NCBI GenBank assembly: GCA_012295275.1
Contig: CM022665.1
Location: 744,001-808,000 of the forward strand
Length of the DNA stretch: 64,000 bases
Origin: Chrysomallon squamiferum
Taxonomy: Eukaryota; Animalia; Mollusca
Reading direction: 5' to 3'
Under the pieces are notes generated by a model, which was not told the DNA's origin, did not search any database, and saw only the letters and a list, made by a program, of their open reading frames with translations. Positions 12,933 to 27,176 of the stretch are shown piece after piece (positions within the stretch are counted from its first letter, which is position 1; each line of letters starts with the position of its first letter). A program made the translations under genes and the position numbers.

Positions 12933-15900
12933 TTATGGAAAAACGATCACTAAGAAATGATGAGAACAAACTGAGAAGCGATGATAGAGAACAGATCAAA
13001 TATACTGAGACAGAACAGTTGAGAAGTGATGAGACGGGACAGTTAAGAAGTGATGAGAGAGAACAGCTGAGAAGTGATGAGAGAGAACAGCTGAGAAGTT
13101 ATGAGTCAGTACAGCTGAGAAGTGAAGAGAGAGAACAGCTGAGAAGTGATGAGACAGAACAGCTGAGAAGTGATGAGAGAGAACAGCTGAGAAGTTATGA
13201 GTCAGTACAGCTGAGAAGTGATGAGAGAGAACAGCTGAGAAGTGATGAGACAGAACAGTGGAGAAGTGATGAGACAGAACAGTTGAGAAGTGGTGAGACA
13301 GAACAACTGAAAAGTGATGAGACGGAACAGTTGAGAAGTGATGAGAGAGAACAGTTGAGAAGTGATGAGACGGAACAGTTGAGAAGTGATGAGAGAGAAC
13401 AGTTGAGAAGTGATGAGACGGAACAGTTGAGAAGTGATGAGAGAGAACAGTTGAGAAGTGATGAGACGGAACAGTTGAGAAGTGATGAGACGGAACAGTT
13501 GAGAAGTGATGAGACGGAACAGTTGAGAAGTGATCAGACGGAACAGTTGAGAAGTCATGAGACGGGACAGTTGAGAAGTGATGAGAGAGAACAGTTGAGA
13601 AGTGATGAGACGGAACAGTTGAGAAGTGATCAGACGGAACAGTTGAGAAGTGATCAGACGGGACAGTTGAGAAGTGATGAGAGAGAACAGTTGAGAAGTG
13701 ATGAGACGGAACAGTGGAGAAGTGATGAGACAGAACAGTTGAGAAGTGGTGAGACAGAAGAACTGAAAAGTGATGAGACAGAACAGTTGACAAATGAAGA
13801 GAGAGGACAGCTGAGAAGTGATGATACAGAACAATTGAGAAGTGATGATACATTAAAGTTGAGAAGTGATGATACAGAACAATTGAGAAGTGATGAGACG
13901 GAACAGTTGAGAAGTGATCAGACGGAACAGTTGAGAAGTGATCAGACGGAACAGTTGAGAAGTGATGAGACGGGACAGTTAAGAAGTGATGAGAGAGAAC
14001 AGTTGAGAAGTGATCAGACAGAACAGTTGAGTGAAGAGACAGAACAGCTGAGAAGTGAAGAGACAAAACAGTTGAGAAGTGATGAGACAGAACAGTTGAG
14101 TGAAGAGACAGAACAGCTGAGAAGTAACGAGACAGAACAGTTGAGTGAAGAGACAGAACAGCTGAGTGAAGAGACAGAACAGCTTAGAATTGATGAGAGA
14201 GAAGAGTTGAGAAGTGATGAGACAGAACAGTTGAGTGAAGAGACAGAACAGGTGAGAAGTGAAGAGACGGAACAGTTGAGAAGTGATGAGAGAGAACAGT
14301 TGAGAAGTGATGAGACGGAACAGTTGAGAAGTGATGAGAGAGAACAGCTGAGAAGTGATGAGACGGGACAGTTAAGAAGTGATGAGAGAGAACAGTTGAG
14401 AAGTGATGAGACAGAACAGTTGAGAAGTGATGAGACAGAACAGCTGAGAAGTGATGAGAGAGAACAGCTGAGAAGTTATGAGTCAGTACAGCTGAGAAGT
14501 GATGAGAGAGAACAGCTGAGAAGTGATGAGACAGAACAGTGGAGAAGTGATGAGACAGAACAGTTGAGAAGTGATGAGACAGAACAACTGAAAAGTGATG
14601 AGACGGAACAGTTGAGAAGTGATGAGAGAGAACAGTTGAGAAGTGATGAGACGGAACAGTTGAGAAGTGATGAGAGAGAACAGTTGAGAAGTGATGAGAC
14701 GGAACAGTTGAGAAGTGATGAGAGAGAACAGTTGAGAAGTGATGAGACGGAACAGTCGAGAAGTGATGAGACGGAACAGTTGAGAAGTGATGAGACGGAA
14801 CAGTTGAGAAGTGATCAGACGGAACAGTTGAGAAGTGATGAGACGGGACAGTTGAGAAGTGATGAGAGGGAACAGTTGAGAAGTGATGAGACGGAACAGT
14901 TGAGAAGTGATGAGACGGAACAGTTGAGAAGTGATCAGACGGAACAGTTGAGAAGTGATCAGACGGAACAGTTGAGAAGTGATGAGACAGAACAGTTGAG
15001 AAGTGATGAGACAGAACAGCTGAGAAGTGATGAGACAGAACAGTGGAGAAGTGATGAGACAGAACAGTGGAGAAGTGATGAGACAGAACAGCTGAGAAGT
15101 GGTGAGACAGAAGAACTGAAAAGTGATCAGACAGAACAGTTGACAAATGAAGAGAGAGGACAGCTGAGAAGTGATGATACAGAACAATTGAGAAGTGATG
15201 ATACATTACAGTTGAGAAGTGATGATACAGAACAGTTGAGAAGTGATGAGAGAGAACAGTTGAGAAGTGAAGAGAGAGAACAGTTGAGAAGTGATGATAC
15301 AGAACAGTTGAGAAGTGATGAGAGAGAACAGTTGAGAAGTGAAGAGAGAGAACAGTTGATAAGTGATGATACAGAACAGTTGAGAAGTGATGAGAGAGAA
15401 CAGCTGAGAAGTGATGAGACAGGACAGTTGAGAAGTGAAGAGAGAGAACAGTTGAGAAGTGATGATACAGAACAGTTGAGAAGTGATGAGAGAGAACAGT
15501 TGAGAAGTGAAGAGAGAGAACAGTTGAGAAGTGACGAGAGAGAACAGTTGACAAATGATGAATTAGGAACAGAACCTTCAGACACTGTCAGGTACAGGAG
15601 GGAGTGGGACCGATATGCGTCTTACTTACGATTTCCTCTAACCTCAGCCTGGCCAAGTCGTCTTGCAACTGCTGGATTCTACTACACTGGGACTGGTGAT
15701 CGCGTTGTGTGCTTCAGCTGTGGTCAGAGCTATGATCACTGGAGACCTGCAGGTAATCCAGTGGAAATTCACAGACAAATCTCACCAAGCTGCAGATTTG
15801 TCCTGGGAGAGGAAGAAAATGAGCCGATTCTGGTAAGTGAGAACGATGAGCAGAGACTACAAGAAATCCTGGGCAGATTATCTGTACCAGTATTGAGATC

Positions 15901-17533
15901 TTCTGCTATTCAAAGTGAAACACTTCGTAATCGGAACGAGTCTGAATGTTCAGTTAGTGACAATGAACTGTTTGGAGTCTCTGAAACATCTACTGTTAAT
16001 ATCAGTGATATGGCTACAAATACTGTTTCACTTCCTGATAATGCTACAGTTCCTTCTTTTACTGGTCAGAGTTATGTCAGTGGTGATGCTGTTGCTTCTA
16101 ATGATTCTCATCAAAGTTCTTCACAGCTCAGTCTCAGTAATTTACCAATCCTTCAGCTGTCCGGTTTTCTGTCTGGAAGCTCCTCTACATCAGCCCCGAC
16201 ATTGCATGCACCACGTCACAGCGACTACGGCGACGTACAACGACGTTTTTCGTCTTTTGAACACCGATGGCCACATCCTGACAACCAATCTCCGAGAGAA
16301 CTGGCAGAAGCCGGTTTCTTCTTCTCTGGTTAGTGTTAATGCTACTTAACATTTTAATGACAATGTTAATTTCAATGGTAACTTAAGACCTTGACATTTT
16401 AATTCACTGGAATTTTGGGACATTTTAATAGTCATTTGAAATCTTTGATATTTTAATAATTATTTCTAAACCTTTGACATTTTTATAGTCACTTGATGTC
16501 TTCGACATTTCAGTAGATATTTAAAATGTTTGATATTTTAATAATCATATACAATCTTTGATATTTAAATAGTGAAATTAAATTTTCAGAATTCAACCTT
16601 TATTGCGAATTTGGACGTTTTGGTAGACATTTGAATACTTCAGTATTTTAATAATCATTTGACGTTTTTGACAGTTAAATAATCATGTGAAGATCTTGAA
16701 TGTTTAACAGTATTTTGAAATTCTTTGATATTTTTAATTCTTACAGCATGAAATACATTTAAGAAGCAAACGAAATATCATACAAAAAACAAAAACATAA
16801 AAGAAACCAAATAATGTAATGAAATGAAATAAAATAAAATAAATAAATAAATAAATTTAGGTACATATGAATATTTGTCTGTCTTTCAGACAGATGAAAA
16901 ACGAAAAAAAATATTAAGAACTAAAAGATGAAACAGAAAATAAAGTCACACAAACATAATTTCTTTGGTGTACAATTTTATTTTGTTGTTATTTTATATT
17001 ACAATTTCAAATTTCACTCAAGCTAATTTTCATATTTTATTAATGAAAATACTGTGTGTGTACGAGTGTGTGGATTGTCAGATGAAATGTATACAGTTAT
17101 GAACAAGAACATTCATGTATATACAGGTAATTCACGTGATAGTACGTCCTGCTTTTACTGTGGCGGAGGACTTAGAAATTGGATGCAGGGAGATAACCCT
17201 TACGTGGAACACGCCAGATGGTTTCCACAATGCGATTTCATCAGACAGGTGAAGGGAGTCAGTTTTGTTGATTTGGTTCAAGAAATGAATGAAAATGAAG
17301 TGGAGGTAACTAGCTGAAATGTTTAGCTTTACCATGAAATTATTAAACGTTTGTATAAATATATGTAGTTGTGTTTACACTAGGAATTCACCAATTTCTT
17401 AAATTTAATTTACATTTTCTAATCTTTTCTCTCCCTGTTTATTACTGTTTTTATTGTTTACATTTATTTATTTATTCACTGATTTATTTATTTATTTATT
17501 TAAATTAGTTTAAAATTTTTATTATATTATCTT

Positions 17534-17597
<64 letters not shown>

Positions 17598-18291
17598 AAA
17601 ATATGTCATCAATGTTTTAAAATTATTTTAGATTGACTATAACCAAGTGATGGATATTTTAGATGATTGTCGACCTACTTTTGAACGTCTTGGAATTAAA
17701 ACACGTCAAGGTAAGTTTTAACTTTAACAAAATTCTAGATTTACGAACAAGATTCTATAGATTGCACAATGTCACAAATTAATGTCAAGATAAAAGTATT
17801 TAATAGTTTACATCCCACAAAGTATCATTTTAAATGAGATCACGTCAGTAGAATTAATATTATAAATATTTTATTTCATTTTGTTCATATAGTTGATGAA
17901 TTCATTGTATCTGAAGGAAGGAGTGATGAATTTATCGAAACAACAAGAAACACAAAACGTGCAGCTGAAGGTATATTGTAGTTTTATTTGACTACATTTT
18001 ATTTATTTATTTGTTTGTTTGTTTGTTTGTTTGTTTATTTATTTGTTGTTTATTTATTTGTTTGTTTATTGCTATTATTTGTATATCTGTTATTGTTGTT
18101 TTACTGTAATTATTATTAATGTTCTTATTATTGCTGTATTTGTTCTTGTTATTAGTTGTTATGATTATGATTATTAATAATACTAATATTACATTTTATT
18201 CATTTATTTTTTAATTATTATTTATCTATTTATTTATTTATCACTGGTGTAGTTGTTATTGTTTTTGTCACTGATGTTACTTGTAATGAAA

Positions 18292-18357
<66 letters not shown>

Positions 18358-18746
18358 GATACATGATATATTTAAGAAACAAAGAAATACAGAAAACCTT
18401 TTGGTATATTTACGATAAAGTCTACAAAATATTTGTTTCAAAGGTTATGTGTAACAAAGTATACGTTATTTTATTTATTTTAAACTGTTCTTTGTTATAA
18501 AATACACACATTACTTAACGTATAAGAAGTATATTATCTTTATTACGTCCTCTCTGATATTTAACAGATTTCTTGCTGGATGACAATGAGGAACTCAGCT
18601 GCAAAGTTTGTCTTGAAAACAAGGTCAGAATGGTTTTCCTGCCCTGCGGTCATCTTTGTTGCTGTGAAGATTGTACGTCCAGACTGCGAATATGTCCACT
18701 TTGTAGAGAGATAATCCAAGCCACTGTGCGAGCTTTCTTGTGTTAA
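12933..18746 (+). CDS. IAP-A: baculoviral IAP repeat-containing protein (octapeptide repeat region - BIR1 - Ser-rich linker - BIR2 - RING). Exons 12933-16328, 17127-17305, 17632-17710, 17893-17970, 18568-18746
   Basis: BIR1 ([17 protein letters not shown]...H...C). BIR2 is split by an intron (AEAGFFFS|[19 protein letters not shown]...EHARWFPQC). C-terminal IAP-type RING ([48 protein letters not shown]). All introns are GT-AG with matching phases (1,0,1,1). Confidence 0.95.
12950..15560 (+). repeat. Coding 24-bp minisatellite (gaacagttgagaagtgatgagaca; EQLRSDE[T/R]), about 109 units with some 21-bp units
   Basis: Directly visible. The + frame stays open across the whole array and continues into BIR1. 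Confidence 0.97.
16385..16735. repeat. Degenerate ~30-bp intronic minisatellite (ttgacattttaatagtcatttgaaatct-like)
   Basis: About a dozen degenerate units in the intron that splits BIR2; a homologous array lies at ~63660-63950 in IAP-B. Confidence 0.75.
18568..18746 (+). CDS. Terminal exon of IAP-A, C3HC4 RING E3-ligase domain (missed by the ORF track)
   Basis: tttaacag|AT TTC TTG...TTC TTG TGT TAA; canonical IAP RING cysteine/histidine spacing. Confidence 0.95.
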
Positions 18747-18934
18747 TCTGTTTCTGTCCTTTTTTATTATAATGTAGTTTTCTTTTCTTTTCTTTTTTTT
18801 TAATGTGAGAATGTGATGAATTTTTATTTACTACTACTATTACTATCAGTACGTCGATGACAGTTAACAGAAATAGACAATTTATATATTCCTGTACTGT
18901 CACAAGGAGAAAGTTTGTATATTAAGTTATAAAC

Positions 18935-18940
18935 AATAAA
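18935..18940 (+). terminator. Candidate polyadenylation signal AATAAA of IAP-A
   Basis: AATAAA ~190 nt after the stop codon; the AT-rich context lowers specificity. Confidence 0.45.
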
Positions 18941-21421
18941 TATAAACCAAGACTGGTTAAAACCTACCAGTGTCACAATTAACAGAAACATTACAATTTA
19001 TAATCCAATCTGAAAAGGAGTTTAATATGTAATAAACATATCGTGTTTTTTATTACTCGAAGACGACTTGGTGGGTGTCGAAATCTGTTCTCTGTGTTTG
19101 AACAAAATGTCTTGCTTTGTTGATTTGTTATAAGGTGAATTTGCATTTCCCCTAGAACCGTCCTTTGTCGCTTGAGATAAAACTGCGTTGCTGAACTTGT
19201 AGAATAATAAGTTTCAGTTTTTAATGGTGTTAATAATAAAGCTGATGTCTTTATCTCTCTTTCGGAGGAAAGGGGTGGGTTCGTGTGAATAATATGCAAT
19301 GAAGTTGATTCTGTGCTTGTTTTTAATTTATTTGAAGCTATTTGTATAGTTGGCGCGCGCGAGGGTTGTCCTCACCAGACTGGAACTACTCTTTCAAGCT
19401 GCGTGACGTTCATTCACTTGCCGCATTATTTACGTGTCGAGTCGCCACAATTGTGTATCGTCAGTTTTCAATTTTAATTTTCAAATGTTTATTTTCCTAA
19501 TTATTTACGTATTTAGATGTCTTGGTACCTAAAAAACCTGAAAAATCCAGAAAACCGGAATATCCAGAAATCCGGAATGCCTCCGGATAATTGGTCCGGT
19601 ACCTATACACGTGCAGTTGTCGCCGTTCTCTGCCAACGCCTGTACAGAAACAGTTCAGTTACGTTAGAAATAGGACTTGGTGTTATAATATATTGATTCA
19701 GAAAAGCATAAAATTATTTATTTATATATTTATTTATTTATTTATTCATATATATCTGATAAACAATTAAATTTGAATTGTACGAAATCTGGCAAGGTGT
19801 TTAAAGTTCCGTTCATAGTCATATACTATTCTGCCTTTGACAAGACTGAAGTGTTTGTTATTATTCTTGTACTTCAGAAAGCATAAATCTGTTATCTTTC
19901 AGAAATCAGCGAATTTATCAACAACGGAAACAACAATACTTGAAAATAAAGTTTCGTTGATAAATTATTTTTTATTTTTTTTATTTTTTATTTTTTTTTA
20001 TTTTTTTATTTTTAATATTTTTGTTAATAATTTAATGTTTTTTATTTTTATTTTTTATTTTTTTTATTTATTTTTTTTTTTTTTTTTTTTTTTTTTTTGG
20101 TATCCTGGACTACAATATACCGCGGAATCCAGAGATGAAACAATGTCGTTCTGAAATTCATATATAATTAAATTCACCCAAAAACACCCACAACAAACTA
20201 GTTCGATCATTGTTTTTCTGACTTCAGATATTTTGTATGTTTATATTCTTTAAACGGGACAAAATCTTGTATACTGATCAAAAAATTTATGTTCCGATAA
20301 ATACAATCGTTTTAGGTTTAGAATTTTAACTTAGGCCGTTTAGAACTAATTAGAAGACCATATTTACTAAAATATTTATATTACAATGAATTACATAACT
20401 GAGTTTTAATGTAATGAATATTTTAATTCACATGAATCCAAAACTAACACTTTTTGTTATTATTATTTTTTAAATGTGAGGCTATTTTCTTCGAAAAACA
20501 AGACTGATAAAAAGGAAGTTATTTAACTGAGGAAAACAAAGTTCTGATATTTGAAACTAAGTTCAGTTTACAGATGTTTGTTATTAAAATGTATCTGAAT
20601 GGCCACCATACATTTATGTGGTAACGATAATAAAGAAAAATCACTTTAAATATACAAAATAAATACAAACAAGACAGACAAGGAAAAAATAAAAATAAAA
20701 TAAAATAAAATAAACACTCTAATAATTACAATATAAATAACAAAACTGAGAACACTGAGTTAAAATTAACTATATTTAATTTTATTAAACTATACATATG
20801 ATATGCTACAAATTTATAAAAAAAAAAAAAATTTTTTTTTTTTCAAATCAAGCGCTGACAGCTTTTAAAGAACCTTTTCCTTTATAAAACAACAGTAGAA
20901 TGTTTCTTCTCTAGGGCTAGTTTTAGTTAATAAGGATATTTTTGAGAAGTCCTCTCTTTTCCTTATAAAGTGAATATAGATCCACCAAAAACAGCGCGCA
21001 CTGCTGCCAGTTTTCAACGAGTCCTCACTTTTCCTAATAAAATGAGTACAGTTTCTCTGTTGTATAAATATTGTAAACAATTATTTGTTTTAATGGCTGC
21101 AGTCCCACCGGTTTTCCTGTAAGTTTTACCATTGAGATGTATTCCTTTACGTTTTATGTAAAGTTTAGGTAGCATCTTTATATTATGAAAATTATAAAAC
21201 CTTGTTCCTCGAATAAACAACGTTCTCAACGGCCTAATGACAAAGGAATTCAGCTGCCTTTTATATACCTTGTCGTTACCACAGCGTGACGTAAACAATA
21301 GCTTATTTAATCTGTTTTCGTGAATATGGAAAAATCGTATTAAATCATTTAGAAATATTTCAATAAATAATCCTGAATATTCTTTCACACGACACGATAG
21401 ATCAATTAATACATTAATTAA

Positions 21422-24413
<2,992 letters not shown>

Positions 24414-24717
24414 TTTCTATTTCCTCTAAATTATTTCACACAACTGCATCAAGAAAACAACAATAAGTCCACGACTTTGGTCCTCCGTCTAGTCTAGATG
24501 TGATTTTTCATCATATGTTTGGTATTATGAGAAAAGAGAAGGGGAAAAATTTCATGATTTATCAAAAACGGAAACACTTAAATTTAATCAGTGAATGAGA
24601 TGACCGCATACTGGTTTTCGTAGATAAATTTATCTCTGAGAGGAAAACATATCTGGTAATTCTCAGTAAACCCAGTCAGTGTTAGAGCTGGAAAACAAAT
24701 TTTAGGATGAAATAATA

Positions 24718-24718
<1 letters not shown>

Positions 24719-24750
<32 letters not shown>

Positions 24751-24751
24751 C

Positions 24752-24845
<94 letters not shown>

Positions 24846-24862
24846 GTAGATAGACAGATAGA
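24719..24862. repeat. (GATA)n microsatellite
   Basis: About 35 GATA units. Confidence 0.95.
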
Positions 24863-25467
24863 TACCCATGGACAAAGGAAACACTGTAAATTTGAAATTA
24901 TAGAAGAAAAAAATAGAACACAAGTCGAAACTCAGTGTAAAACACATAGTCCAAATGTAAAAACAGTGTTTGCATAAAAAGGAAACTATTCCATGAGAAT
25001 TCGCGAAATAGGAAACCACAACCGCAACTGCACATTTAACTAGCATATGAAAACTGTTTACACGGCTTGTAAGAAAATAACACGAGAGAAATGCCACAAA
25101 TTACACTGTTTTAAAATTGCTTTTAAAAATGAATTTATTGAATGTAGCTGGATGTAGAAAAATGCTATACATGTAGGAATAATTTTCTCTAATTTACACT
25201 TTATCTAATTCGTGCATACAAAAAAAAAAAAAAAAAAAAAAAAAAAAGAAATTAAAAAGAAAGAAAGAAAAAAAAGCATTCATTAAAAATAAAAATATTC
25301 AGAACATTTACAGTTGAAAGCACATTATGTTGAACGTTATCGTGATTTAATGTTTTTACATTTCCTTTCTCTTTCATTAAAGTTCACATTGATAGTTTCA
25401 TAAAACTGAAAAAATCAATCCAACAACAACCAAAACCAAAACAAGACACAACAGCAACACATTTTTA

Positions 25468-25501
<34 letters not shown>

Positions 25502-25516
25502 GACAATGTTTTTGAT

Positions 25517-27176
25517 TTAACAACCTTTTTCTTCCCTTCCGGCACTGCGATCGTCTTCATTTACATTGTCGCCGTCGTCTACACTGAGAACCGATGCTAC
25601 AGAAGCTGCAGGTATTTTGATTACATTGGGATCCTCCTTAACAATTTCATGATCTTCTTCCTCTTCTTCTTCGCTCTGGTCCCAAATTACAGGATTGCCA
25701 AGCTCGTCTAATGGTATTGGTGGTGTAGCGACTGGAGCTTCTACAGCATCGTCTGAGTATGGCCCTGAGGTGAGATCTGGCTGGTCAGATGATTTCAGAG
25801 AATCTTCAGGAACTCGACTGCACACGCTCTTTCTGGATGCAACCTGAGTATCTTGTTGCTCATCCATATCCGAGGCTCTAGGCCTTGTAGACGATATGGG
25901 AGTTCCAACGATATCTAGATCAATGTTCCGCTGGTCGTTCGGTGTTTTCATGTCTAAGGATATCTCCGATCTTTTCCTGGATGTGTTTGTTTTTCTTGGT
26001 TCTGGTGGTATGTTGCTGTCGCTAACAGTCTGAACAAGGTGAGCGTCAACATCATAATACATAGACGCAGCTGTGTTGTTCCTGGCAAACATTCCACTGG
26101 CTTGTGTTCCGGAAGACTTTCCCGGTAGTTTTGATTTAAGTGACTGGATTTCAACATACCGCTTTGTAAGTCTCTGCCGAATTCTGGTCTCTGAACTGAG
26201 CAACAGCGGGCGGTGTTACGCACGGCGTTCTGACTTTAGTGGTTGAAAATGGCCTGTATCTTCCGCCTTCTGCTTTCAGTGGCCTTTCAATTGTTTTTGC
26301 CTTTTTCGAATCGTGATTTCTCATCAGTCGAATACACTGCTTAACTTGAGAGAACAGACACCCGTCCTCTCCTTTCAGTCTGTTTCGCTGATCTCTTGTT
26401 GAAATATGTCTCACTTCTAACAGTGGCTTCTTCAAATCGGTCTCTGAAATTGGCTGGAATGATACGGGTCTGAAAGGCCGACATTTTCTGACGTTATGAA
26501 ATCCTGTGTTTTCTTTCATAAGTCCTGAGCTGACGCTACCTGCGTTCATTCGCTTGTCGGTCGAGGTTGGAGTATGCATGCGCTTCGATGGATTGGATTC
26601 TCCTACAGACCACGGTCGCGATGAAGATATTCTTGGCAAGTTGCTGTTCTTGTTATACCTAAGTGGTCTCTCGTCAGGACAGTATTTGTAAATGTAACAG
26701 GGATCCCTGACATCGTTCTTTAGTTTTCTTAATCCGTTGACGTCATCCCAATGGTATGGTTTCAGTCTTGTTAACATATCCACCGCGTGAATACTGTCAG
26801 TAGACTTTTGTTCCAGTCCTAGGTCGCTATTCTGTTTGTGCTTTCTAAGTGATAAAATTTTTGGCGTAGGTCCTCTTCCGTCGTCAATAAACCCGATCTT
26901 GTTCGCTGATTCTTTCACGTCCTCTGACTGGAAAAGAGATCCAAACTGCTGCAGTTCTGCGAGGGGAGGTGCTCGGACGCCAGTGGGGTACACAGCGGCA
27001 GACAGAAAGAAATCTGATGGATTCGTTGCATCCCGACCAAATGGATCAATCTTTCGTCTTGGTGTGATTTGTTGAAATGTTATACGATTTTCCTGATGTT
27101 TTTGATCGTCTCCTTCTGGGTATACCAATTTTCCTTCTATTGGTATTGTTATTTTAAGAATACCGCGTGTTGTCAT
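25517..27176 (-). CDS. Uncharacterised ~550-aa protein in one large exon, split by a frameshift near 26150-26215 (frameshifted allele, pseudogene or assembly indel)
   Basis: Overlapping ORFs 26151-27176 (341 aa) and 25517-26203 (228 aa), both with coding-like composition. Acceptor ttcttttcag at 27256 and an in-frame TAG upstream of the ATG at 27176. Possible upstream non-coding exon donors near 29390 and 29992. Family not recognised. Confidence 0.7.

Noticed and set aside
12950-15560. CRISPR-like array
   Set aside because: Head-to-tail units with no unique spacers, inside a eukaryotic exon.
12996-15585. Long minus-strand ORFs ([21 protein letters not shown] repeats), also at 61953-62972
   Set aside because: Antisense shadows of the 24-bp coding repeat; only the + frame continues into BIR1.
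18991-19650. 102-aa minus ORF with an RTVLGE D-box-like word, a CpG-rich patch, and ccgga-rich repeats at ~19540-19600 resembling a DNA-transposon end
   Set aside because: No ATG-anchored gene model, splice support, partner inverted repeat or target-site duplication could be established by eye.
25517-25530. Splicing of the 25.5-27.2 kb ORF into the membrane-protein gene via AAG|GTTGTT
   Set aside because: Very weak donor; the membrane gene has its own ATG/signal-peptide exon at 24413-24359 with a consensus donor.
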